Below are positions 44,201-56,200 of a stretch of DNA of 64,000 bases, one piece after another. The stretch is from Acanthaster planci. Taxonomy: Eukaryota. The DNA is taken from positions 2,426,932 through 2,490,931 of the forward strand of contig NW_019091356.1 in NCBI RefSeq assembly GCF_001949145.1, written 5' to 3'. Each line of letters opens with the position of its first letter. Position 1 is the first letter of the stretch. The notes below the pieces were generated by a model. The model was not told the DNA's origin. It ran no database searches and saw only the letters and a list, made by a program, of their open reading frames with translations. The translations under genes were made by a program, and so were the position numbers.

Positions 44201-47200
44201 CATTTAAGTCAGTCATACATGTAAGTCAGTTCTTAGCTCTTGCATAGCTTTTCCCTGACAGTGTGCATGTAAAGTGAGTGTACAGGAAATTGTGCGCAAG
44301 GTCATGTACATTGTAGCACACAGGAGTTGCCTACCATCATGGAAACTTATAACCCCTAAATCAGTCAGTCAGTCCATCAGCCAATTCCGCCAGTCAGCTA
44401 GATCACTCCGTGGTCAATCAATCAGTCAATTTCAATTTTACAGCTCTACTAATCAATCAAGCAGTTTAATTTGTCAATCAGCCATTAATTAGGATATTGT
44501 TGTTTGCAAGCTCATGTAGCACACAGCAGTTTCCCCTGTTGTAGAAACACCACATAACCCCTAAATCAGTCAGTCTGTCCATCAGCCAATTCTGCCAGTC
44601 AGCTAGATCACTTAATGACTCTGTGGTCAATGAATCAGTCAATTTCAATTTTACAGCACCTGCTAATCAATCAAGCAGTTTAATTTGTCAATCAATCATT
44701 ATCTAGCGCTGTACTGTAGAGCCAGTTTCAGCAGAGTTGTTTCTCAATCTAAACTCTGATAACTGTGGCAACAAAAGGTTCCCGCATTCCACTGCACAAA
44801 CCAGCTTGAGTCTGCCCCAACACTTGGAAGTCTGAGAGGCCTGTCTGTCCGTCAAAGCTGTCTTTCCTCAGTTGTTGACACAAAGCTCTCATTAGACCTG
44901 ACCCAGCACAGGCCTCCACAGCATCCCCTGTTGGAAACAAACAGAGCAGGGAGCCATGATGTACATGTAGAGTACCAAAGTGACTGCATCGCGCGCACAG
45001 TGCTGTGCGTGAAAGGCATGAGCGAGAGAATCAGCGCATGAACCATCACGCGCCAGCGCTCCATTCATTGGTACAGCACTTCCTGGTTCTAAATGATGTC
45101 ACACTTCGGTACTCCATAGATGTTGGTTTAAATCCATTTTGATGTATCAATATCGGCAGGCATTTGCTTTGGGGGGGATGGCTAACCATAATGCATAGTG
45201 ATGGGTTAAAACCAAGTACATACAGTGTACATGAGGTCCCTTTAAATGAAGGCTTAGGTGATTCCAGAAATTAGGGGTTCAAAAGTGCAACATTTTCTTG
45301 TCCCTGTTACATCTGACCGTTGTCATTTGACATTGAAATGTCACCGGAATTGTTTTCAAATTATTACTATTTGTTTGGCAGGTAATTTGCATTAATTCAT
45401 CACTCTCGGAAAATGTGCTCTGAACTTACAAAATCATGCGTCAGATGTAACAGGGACTCAAAAAAAAATGGCCCCCTAATTTCTGGAATTACGCGCATAG
45501 GAATCGGTCCCCAATTATGCTCCATGTAAATAATCACTTTGCCAATAGTGGTCAAGTTCGATTTACATGTCATTAAAGTCAGCTGCCAACTAAAATAACT
45601 CACGTCGTAAGCAAGCCTTGGTTTGAGAAATAGCACAGTACCAGAATTCTCTCTTCCCCGTGGATTAGGAGGAGAGGGGTGACAAAAGACTCTTTTTTTT
45701 TAGAATTGGATAAAGTTCAGTGCAACCTTCGAAAAATGCCTCAAAAGTTTCTTTAAAAATTCTGTCCTCGAAACATGCATACCAGTATGTACAATGCTTT
45801 ATTTACAAAGCGACATTCAGCCACTGGGAGTTTGTGCAATGTACGTGTACATTTGTATGCTTGTTGGAATGAAAACGTGCACGAGTACAGTGAGTTGTTT
45901 TCGATGGACATGGAAAGCACACATGCTTATTCAACTGACAACAAAATGTCACGCTCTGGCCAGACACTTATGATTTACATGTATTCGGTTGGGTCATACT
46001 TGTATGGTGTCGCTATTAAACTGTGAGTTATTGGATGCCCTAACATGCTGTAGCAACATGAATGGCTTTCCCATCCGAATGACATTCAGCATCCTGCTGT
46101 CAAATGGGGATTGGCAGTTTATTGATGCACGGCTCGTCAACATTTTCTGTCCCAGATGGAAGAAACGATGATGGAAAAGGAGCATGTATACGTAAGCCTG
46201 TGCTTCACCTTATTAGGAAGGAGGCAGTGAAAAGATTCAGCCGTTGCCGCAGACTGCACTGATGTGAATGGACAACGAAAAGGAGAAACAAAAAGTTCCT
46301 TGATTATGGCTTTTCTTTGTTCTAACATATGGGAGGGATATCCAAGCATGTCTGGGTGTGAAGGGATTGCAGTCTAGTCTGAGTTCCTCACTCAAACACC
46401 CTGGGGAGTCAAGCTCCAGACCCCTACAGAACCTCGCCCACAAAATTACCATTCACCCTGGACGAGCCAGGACTGTACACGTATGGTACACGAACCAACC
46501 GTCGGTACATGTATCTAGTCTTATGTGGATGGGTTGTAGCTCAGTACAGGATGTGGTGCACTTGCCGACAACAGCACGCCCCAATACCAACACATTACAA
46601 TATCAAGAGAAACCCATCTCTTCTGTGAACATTAGCAATCAAGTTCGATCGTTTTTTCCCCCTCATGTTTGAAACATTTACACACGTGAGTTAAATATTG
46701 AAATGGAATGGATGGGAATGTGTTTGCTGTGCCTCAGAAATTGCGTGCCAGTGCGCAATAACAGACCCCATCAGAAAGTGCAGAAGACCAGACTGCATAT
46801 GAGTGTTGAATTCCTCCTAATAGCTGTTTATTTGCCCAACCCTGACTTGAATTTTTTTTTTAACAAGTTAAACAGACTTGTCCCATTACTGCCTGGGAGA
46901 AAAAAAAAAAACAAATTGATGAATGGGGAGCACACATACCGAGCAGCCAAGTGCATGCAGACAGGCAAAGCATCCATGGTGTCATCAATCACACCGGACC
47001 GGCCTTCAGACCTTGGGATCAAAAAACAACACCCATCAAGTGCAATTAGTTCTCATTTGAGGTGGAAGCGTCTGGCCACGCTTTCAATGTTACACGCACA
47101 CAGTGCATTGCAGAGCAGAGCAGTGCTCTCAGGTCATTCTATAAATTTGGAGTCCAACTTGTGACATTTTTCCGTGCCTGTTGCCTCTGACGTGTATACC

Positions 47201-50200
47201 ATCTGACAAGTTTGACAAGGGAAGTATCACTGAAATTGATTTCAAAGTATATTTTTATTTGTTTGGCAGGTAATTTGCAGTACTCGTTCAGTCTTGGAAA
47301 TTAAACAATGAGTTCTGAAAATCAAATAAAATCAAATTTAAAATCAAATGCCAGATGCAACATGGACAGGAAAAAATTGGACCCCAAATTTATAGAATGA
47401 CCCTTTCGTGACTACTGTCATTAAATTGATCTTTATGAGTGGAATGGTCACCAGTCCATATGGCAGTGCACAGTCTTAAAATGGTCTTGGGTTGTGAGAA
47501 AAAAACAACTTGACTCCCTCCCCTCAAATTTGATAAAGTTTAATACTCGTAGCAATGGGCAATGTTTAACATGCAATTAGCTTAGAGATGGTTTCTCTGG
47601 CTGTAGCTGTCAGGACACTGCTGATAATACCCGACAAATCAACTCGGAGGCTTCTTTAGGGTCATCCGCACTTGTGTAGAAAAGTGGACATGGTGACAAT
47701 TGCATTGGCTGAGTCTCTGTACATTGGCCCTGTCCATGAACCATAGAGGGCACCACACAAACGAAAGAAGAAGTACTTGTACAGGTATACATGTACCGTA
47801 CCTGTACAAGAAAAGACACTGCATCGTATCTGTGACATTCCAGTTTCCACCTCTGAGGGAATGCATGGTGTTTTCCAATGATCCTGATGTCTCATGTGGT
47901 TTAGTCATTTATCTGAAAACCCGAAACCTGATTTGGACAAATCCAGTCAGTAATAATGTAGTTTCCATAGAGTACAGTCCCTCTGTGTATGTTCCAGCTC
48001 TGTGTAATGCAGCCCTGCGGCCAATACATTAAATTGTACCTCGAGGTGTTTGCCCCTAATTTAACAGGGGTTAAGCTACCCAGTACGCCCGAGGAAGGAA
48101 AGCGGTGGATGCGAGGCCTGAACTGAAAATGACGGTCATGCACTGCACAGATTCATGTACAAAAGAGCATGTGAGTAATACCTGTGCAGCCTACCTGATC
48201 ACATTGTTAATCCAGCCTAAATCCTGTCAGTAACTCTGGTCCCCCCGCCCCCCAAAACCCTCTGTACATGTATTGCGTAAGTTACTTGATGGATGTCAGA
48301 TGTACAAGTACATTGTACAATGAAATCCAATCACGAGAAATGCCAGAATCTTAAACAGTGGCTCATCAGCGGTATGTGATCAACAGAACAAAGATCGCCG
48401 GGCTCCTGCACTTTTTACTGTCAAATGAAATCCAATCTTCTTTAAGTTCATTTTTGGAACAGGAAACACAGCTGCTGCTGTTCTTGCTCCTGTTTCTCCA
48501 TCTGGTCAGAAGGGAGTTTGAAACTCAGTGATTTATCCATTCTTCACCCTCCCCCCCCCAACACAAGTGGGATCTTATTGATCGTTGGAACTGCTCATCA
48601 ATGGGACGCATAATAGACGGTGACAAACGAGTGAGAGAATAGCGCGGAATTGATCTCTCTTCGCTCTCCGGTGGCCATTAGGCTGGCTGTAATTGGCTCA
48701 TTAGCAGAGGAGAACATGTGCCTGCAAGATGTTGGGACAGAGAAAAAAAAAAAGGAAACCAAACTAAACAAGAAATCGGTGTTACATTTTGATATGTGGA
48801 GCACGGCCGGTCGTTTGTCTTGAGGGACAGTCCAGGAGTTGACATGGCTCAGATGTGAATGGAGATGCTGGAAATTAACCGACCCTTGAATAAGTTGTCG
48901 GTTTTTTTTTTCATCTCTGAGACAAAAGTGTTTTCCTCTGACAGGATCTCTGTCAATTCTGCGATAGCTTATTTTTGAGTAGCTCCATGTAATATTCCAT
49001 GCGGATGTTTGCATTGACTCTGAGTCATGCCTGTCATGCTTTGTATGTTACCCATGGAAAATATGTTTAAATTGCAGCAGTCCAGACGTTTGCTCGTACA
49101 TGTACCGGTCTGTAAACTGGCCTAGACCAACCAATCTTCTCTCTCCTCCTTACCCATAGTAAATACCCATTTTCTTCACTGTGGGCCACCCCCAGACTGA
49201 ATACATGTATACATAGTGGCCGAAACCATGGCGCAACTCTCTCTGTCAGGAGTCTGACACTTGTTTGGATTTTAAGCCCCAGGACAAGCCCAACAAGTCC
49301 GGTGTGAACTATGTAGTAGGGGCCACTCTGCCAATTACGCTCCTGGTGATGGACGAGAAGGCTAGGGGTGACTGGCAGACACCCAGAAATCTGGGTCAAG
49401 TGAGATGTTGACACTCAGAATCTAGTGACCACAATGCTAGATCATCCAGGTCATGGAGTACCCTGTGTAGAATTTCCTTAATGCTGTTTGTGCCGTTGTC
49501 TGGTCTGTTGTTAGTTCGTTTAGCTCTACTGACTTTACCATGTGGGACATTAGGAAGGACATTTTTGAAGGAATTAAATGTCAAAATGTTGTTAGTAAAT
49601 TCTTTTTAATCAGTAAAAATATAAAATAGTGAACTAAGTTGTTTACACAGGTTTCATTATTGAAGCGATGAAGCTTGAGATTTTGTAACCCAAAAAACCT
49701 TATCTCTCTAAATTATGATTCCATTTGACATTGCTTTCCACTTTTTATTTCCAATTTGTTTGATTTATTTGGGAAACTGTAAAATTATGCTTGCACACCT
49801 CAACCGATACAACACTTGCTATTGCTGAATTGCAAGATCTTAAATTGAATTGAACAAACTCCCCCAAATTCTTATAGTCAGACTAATCTCTTGGGGAGAA
49901 AAATGTAAACCAAGTGACTGATTGATGACTGCATGCAGGACGTATGGTCTGTAAGATCAATCCAATTTGACTTGCTGAGTAACTCAATTACCCTCAACAC
50001 CCGGACACATTTGCATAATGCGGACTGACAGTGCGCCTTAATCCACTGCTGAGAAATAATAATTAGTGGAATAATGGCCCATTGATTGCTGAAATCAAGC
50101 CGAGTTTACCCATTGGGGAAACCGGAAACAATTGAAACACTTTGAGGCTCTGAGCCACTCCCTTCTTCCCCCTATACATCCACAGAATGCAGCATCATCA

Positions 50201-53200
50201 TCATTAAACCCCCTGTCTGTCCTCTGCCCCATCCTTTTCTTGTGTAATTCATAATCAATGATCTCTGCGAACGAACATCGCAGGAGAGGACTAATTCAAA
50301 GATCATCAGCCACGCTCCATTGTGCGGTTAATGTACCGAAACTCCATCCCATCGCAGGGGTTTTTCTTTTCTACCTTCTTCCTGGCAAGCCAGATTGAAA
50401 TGTGAAAACAAGTGGAAAAATTGTCTGGTTGTGGGATCTCCAACTCCGGATGGTGAGGATGATGAAGATGAGGTGATTTCCTGCATCACGGCCGAGGAGC
50501 AGAGAGGCTGCAATTTAATGCCCGTCCAATGAGAGTTTGATAGCATCTCAGTTTGAGACTGTCAAGTCAGCCCTTTTGGCTTCTGAAGTGTTTTCAGTGA
50601 AAGCATCTCCAGCATTGTGATCTCTCGCCTCCTGCATCGCTCCTTCGGGCTTCTCTCTTCTTGAACCAGCAAGTTGGAGGTCAGTAAAAAGCAAACCTGT
50701 GTATGCCGATGTATGCAGCACTGCCTACTTGATTTTCATTGTTATTTGGAGGAAGTTGTTAAGTAGGGATTGATGTTGCTCCAAGTCGGTGTATCTTCCC
50801 AGACAGATTATATTTCTGTATTCCAAGTCTTCTGTTTTTGTTCAACAGTTCATGCTTTGCCATAATCACACCGAAAAAGTTTCAAGTGATTGTGCATGGC
50901 ATTGCATCAGACAATTTGACCATATTTCTGTAATTTACCAAGCAGACCTGTTTTGTAAACCTGTTGATAATGGCACCAGAATGCACATTTTGTTATCGTC
51001 GAATAACAGAAAGATTAATCGGTCAGCTTCCTGTCACTGGAGGAAGTTGAGTTTGTACACAAGCGGTACATTGTAAATGACTCTTTGATGAGATCAAGCT
51101 GTGACACTGCGTTGAACCTTGCTTCTTTTGTTTGCCGGGTGTAACGGCTCGGCAAACAAATATGACTGATGGTGCCGCGTAAACGTGACCCTTATCCCAG
51201 TACTTTACAGCCTCGGTTGCCAGCCAGAATTAATTGCCTCCCAGATTTGACAGGTTTGGGGAAATACTGTATGGTAGTAGCTGTGGAATTTGCTTCAATC
51301 AGGATTTTGATACTAGTCAGCTTGTATGCACACTTTTACTGATAAAGATTCATACAGATTTACACCAAATTAGACTGTCTTACGGTACGTCAACGCAACA
51401 CAAGGTACAGTACATGTACTGCGTTTACAGGATTTGTAAATTAGGTCAAATTTCTGATTTGTTGTTAATTGTATCGTTTGTTTGACACAGTGGTCTTGTT
51501 CTGTTTACAGGAATTAACCATTGGTTGACAGGCATGTACTCTTGGTCTACCCTGCAATGTGTTCACACTGAAATCCTAGAACATGAAATCCAAGGAGTAG
51601 TGTCGAATAATAAATAATTTTAAAAATACCAATATTAAAAGTAAGAATTACATGCCTAGGAAAATACATGTGGCATAGCTTACCAGTATAAGTACTCGAA
51701 AATGCATCTCAATAAACTTGTCAAATGTTATCAGTAAATCTGTCAATCAATTTACCTAAAATTTTTCTTCCATCCTCCCTGAAACCGGGGGAACTTCAAA
51801 GATACCATCAGTCTGAGAGTGGTTTCGTTTGCAAAGACAATTAGTCTGTGACTCAGCCCCCTCGGGCCTTCAAATTTAGGCACAGATTCCGTAGACAAAG
51901 GGGCTTACCATGCTGAGTATATATATATCCCCCTTCCCCGAGAAGGAGAAAAAAAATATATAGGAAAATCAAAATTTAATAAGATGTGTGATTCATGGGA
52001 GAGAGGGGGATCGGCGAGTGCATTTGATGGCAAACCCCCTTTCCCCGCCATAATGAAATGCCCCGGAGAGATTGTTGCACTGGAGCAAAGGGTCTTGCAA
52101 ATATTGGGATTAGGAGGAGGGGACCTAATTACGAGATTTTTTTTGGGGGGGGCCTTCTCTTTCTTCATCTGAGGTCTGGGTATTGGCTGGCCGAGTTTGG
52201 GCTTTTGTGTAAAGGACGGCGTGGAAGGAATTAGCCATTGTGCATTGTGAAGAGGTAGAAATTCTATCACTGCACAAATAGCTGTGGATAATTGGGGGAG
52301 TGGCCGTGTATATGATTGTGGGAGGGAAGGAAACTCAGAAGTGATGATATCTAGCCAGGAGCAGCAAATCTGTTTTACTAAACAGGAAAAAAAAAGATAA
52401 AATGAAAAAAATTCAAAGATGATTGTCAGACATAATGAACATTTTAAACAAAAACTGACTCGTCCATTTCTTTCCTTTCCTTTTGAGCAGAAAATTGCAA
52501 TTTTCCCAAACTATGGGTAGCACTAGAAACATTAGAGCCCCACGGACCAGTGTCCAGTGGGTGTCCGGTAGCAACATCGGTGACCAGTGTTACCATACCA
52601 AACGACCGGTAGCCATGCACTCATCAAGTCCTGCTCCTGAATGAGGACATGTAGAGGCAAGAAGTACACTCAGGGGTCAATTCCATAGCACTGCTTAAGC
52701 AAGAAAATTGTTTAAGCGTGAAAAAAAAATTGCTTGACAAATCAAGTTACCAGTCAAAGCTTCTTGTGATGTATATTGTTTTGTAATGTTACTTGTATTT
52801 ACCTGTGTTTTGCATGACAATTACATAGAGTTTGAGCTGGTAACCTTTATTTAGCAAGTTTTTCTTCATGCTTAAGAAAATTCTGTGCTTGAACAGCTCT
52901 ATGAAATTGGCCCTGGTTAACAAATATATGCACAGTGGAAACTGTCAGTTTTGCATTGCATCCATGCATGGTCATCTACATGAATACGAATACTCATCAA
53001 TCTCCCACTCAAAATGAAAACCTTGAATTTACATGAATTACAGCAGAGCGTAATGGGTTAGTGGTTTCCCCCGCTTGTGCCACGGCACACTTCACAGCTT
53101 TTCAATCTTCTCCGTTAATTTGCCAAATTGCTCAAGCCCTGTGGGTAAGCGCCAGTGAATTGCATTGAAAAAAAGAAGACTGAGAGAAAAAAATAAGGTT

Positions 53201-56200
53201 CCGTTAAAGCAACCTTGTTCACAGCAGGCCCTTGTGTTGGGGGAATATTCAGTGCATTCATCTGATCTCTGACTTGCAGGGCAGTGAACCTATCACAAGC
53301 GTGGATGCATAGATGAAGTCAGAGATACTGAGGCTTTATATGTGTGCTAGCATTAAAGGATGAATGACCTCCTCCCTTGCCAGTTGTGGGGCTCTTTGGC
53401 ATTTGCTTCATTTTAGGAGGAGATATCGACACTCATCAAATTGGAAATTTTAAAAAGTAATTTTTACAACTTAAGAGTTGTAAGCTTTCTTTTCTTGACC
53501 TACCGGTATGTTCGATGATTTTTTTTTTATTTGTTTATTTTTGAATTGATGAATCCCCTGGTCCCTCTCAGCTCATTTTGAGGTTGTGCAATTGAGGGGA
53601 TCAGAACGGCCTCAATGCTCTCCGCTGGATGACGTTCTGATCACGGATCAGGCAGTCGTGTGGCAAAAAGGAGGGGGGGGGATTACAATGTACGTCATTG
53701 ACGGCATTGTCAGTCACGTGTACCCAATTTCTTGTGATCTGTGTCTGACCCCGAGACAGAGACCCACTCTGTGCTGCCAGTCTGGAGATCAAACAAGGGG
53801 GGCACCCGATCAGACTGTCTGAACCCTTTCCAAGGAAAAAAAAAAGAGAAAAGAAAAGTGTGAAACCCATTTGTTCACATTAACAGCACTGGCTTGATTT
53901 GTCAAGCGTGGCCAGATGAAAGTAATTTCGTCAGTTGATCGCCAGCATGTGTGGAAGCATCCACATGGGCCCTACAGGGCTCAGTGGATTCTTTTGTTGT
54001 TTTCGATGCACTTGTTACCTTGTAGATTTGGGTAACCAGTCGTTGGGCACGTAAACATCTCAACAGAAAGGAAAAAATTGACCCACATTTCCCCAGTGGA
54101 GGCTGGAGCCCAAGAAATGGTTTTTAGCTGTGAGCTACTTTTATGAAGTTAAAGCAAACATGCAGTGGAAAAAAGTCCTTATTTTGATACCCCACTGCAG
54201 GGTCTTTGGATCAGATTTATGGTTCTTAAGCTAAAAACAAGATAATCTTGAAAGCCCAAAACTACGAAAGGTCTGGCCTTATTTCGGGGGAGAGGGTATT
54301 GAACCACATGACACATCTGAAAAGCAGCTTTAAAAATCTTCCAACTTTTTGACCCATCCCAACAGACATTTAAAAATCGATTCCATTTTCCCTGCCACAT
54401 GACACGGATAAATCATACGTCGCTTGGCCTGTTTTGACAGAAAGGATGGTATTGTCCCGAATGTGTGTTTGCAAGGAGGGAGATGGCAATGCAGATTATT
54501 TTGTGTCGGCTGTAAGAGGTACGTGTACAAATGCATTCTTTAGCAGAGAATGTGCATGTAATAACATGCCCCCCCCAAAAAAAAACATAGCCGGTCTCTG
54601 GTCTGCGCATGTGTCGATTTTGAACGTGCGCGTCAATTTTTTTTTTTTCTCAAAATTTTCAAAACAGCGCCCTCTATTTCGGCAATGCCCGAATGTTCGC
54701 GAGTAGACTGATTCCTGGCCACAAGTCTATAAGTCGGAGGGGCTTTTTGTTTAAGGAACCAGACTAACGTTCGTGGGTAGCTAGCACCGGGTGATAGATC
54801 CATTACGAATGCTTAATGTTGATGTCAAACGCAAAGAGTAGACCATGGGTAGGCTTAGGTTACAAAGTTGCAGCCAGCTGATCAACAAAAATGGCGGCAT
54901 GACGTGCGACGTGCTCTTTGATTAAATATGCCACTCATTTCCGTGTCCGTCGCCAGTCTTAAAAAGCCAACCCCATCTGCTGGCCGCCCCTAAAAAAAAT
55001 ATGAAAAAAAGGCATTGCCGCATCAATTCTGGAACTTTGGTCTGACCAGAGACCAAGTATTTTTTGGGGGGGGTCTAACAAAGGGCAAGAGTCCTGGAAA
55101 CAGAATATCACCAAATGAAAAAACTCTCAGTAGCGCTGTGCCGTTTAATGGACATTTCTGCAAATGAATACTTGTATGTACAGAACATGATTACACTCTA
55201 TAATACGTTCGGTATCTCCATTCAGATGTAAATCATGTTTGGAATGTGGGTCTCAACCGTCTCATAATGGGAGCAAAAAAACTATTGAGATATTGTACAG
55301 TCGATGACTGATTTTTGTGAATCCAAAAAGGGCCAAGGGGGGGGAACAGGTTTGAGCTTCCTTCCACTCGAAATGTTGACAGATGGTCCCGGTACTCCGC
55401 TGCAGCTGGTCTTATACACAGTTCTTGCACGACCAACACCAGCGAATGAGCCAGCGCGGGGATGCCATTTGTCTTTGTCAGTCCAGTGTCATGTTCGAGA
55501 GCCGGGGGAAAGATGATGGTCTGTTTAATGAAGTAAATGCCCTGTATGGATTCAAACTATGGGATGTCGGCGTTGTATCTCTTTGTTGCATTCGCACCTG
55601 CTGCTCTGGAAATTTAGGGCCGATTAATATTGCATTGTGTTTGTGAATTTTGAGTAATTATAAATTTTAGATTAGTGGTTTTGGGGTGTAATTGATCTGT
55701 CTCAGCCTCAGGCCAGATTCAGAATACTGTATTTACACAGGACTTGCTGGATGTGCTTGAATTAAATCTTAAGGAAGCACACTGTATGGTAATGACACGA
55801 AAACGAGGTTTTCTGCTTGCAGATGGTAGTCAATTGATGAAAATGTGAGATTCAAAGTGAATCTATCGTGTACTTAATTCTTAAATTTTTTTTAAAGTAA
55901 GTTGGATTGTCTGTTGGGTTGAGTTGTTTATTTTGTCAACTTTATGGATATTGACATGATCCTGTATTTATGCTACCAGTATGCTCACAAATTGGGATGC
56001 AGCCTGTGATCAGTGCTTCAAAACAGCAAGCTGCTTAGAAATTTGTATGCATTACCAGCTAAAACACCCTGTGAAGTGTGTATGTGTATTGCTTGTTTCA
56101 CTGGTTATCAGCCCGTTTTTAGGCTTAGCAGACAAGGTCAGTAAGCAGTATTTTCTGCTTAATGTTTCTTTAGACCGGATAGATTTGTTGACCTTTTTTC

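Noticed and set aside
46703..47164. 153-aa ORF in MCC intron 1
   Set aside because: Non-ATG start, homopolymer-derived residues, and its end overlaps a MITE; not coding-like.
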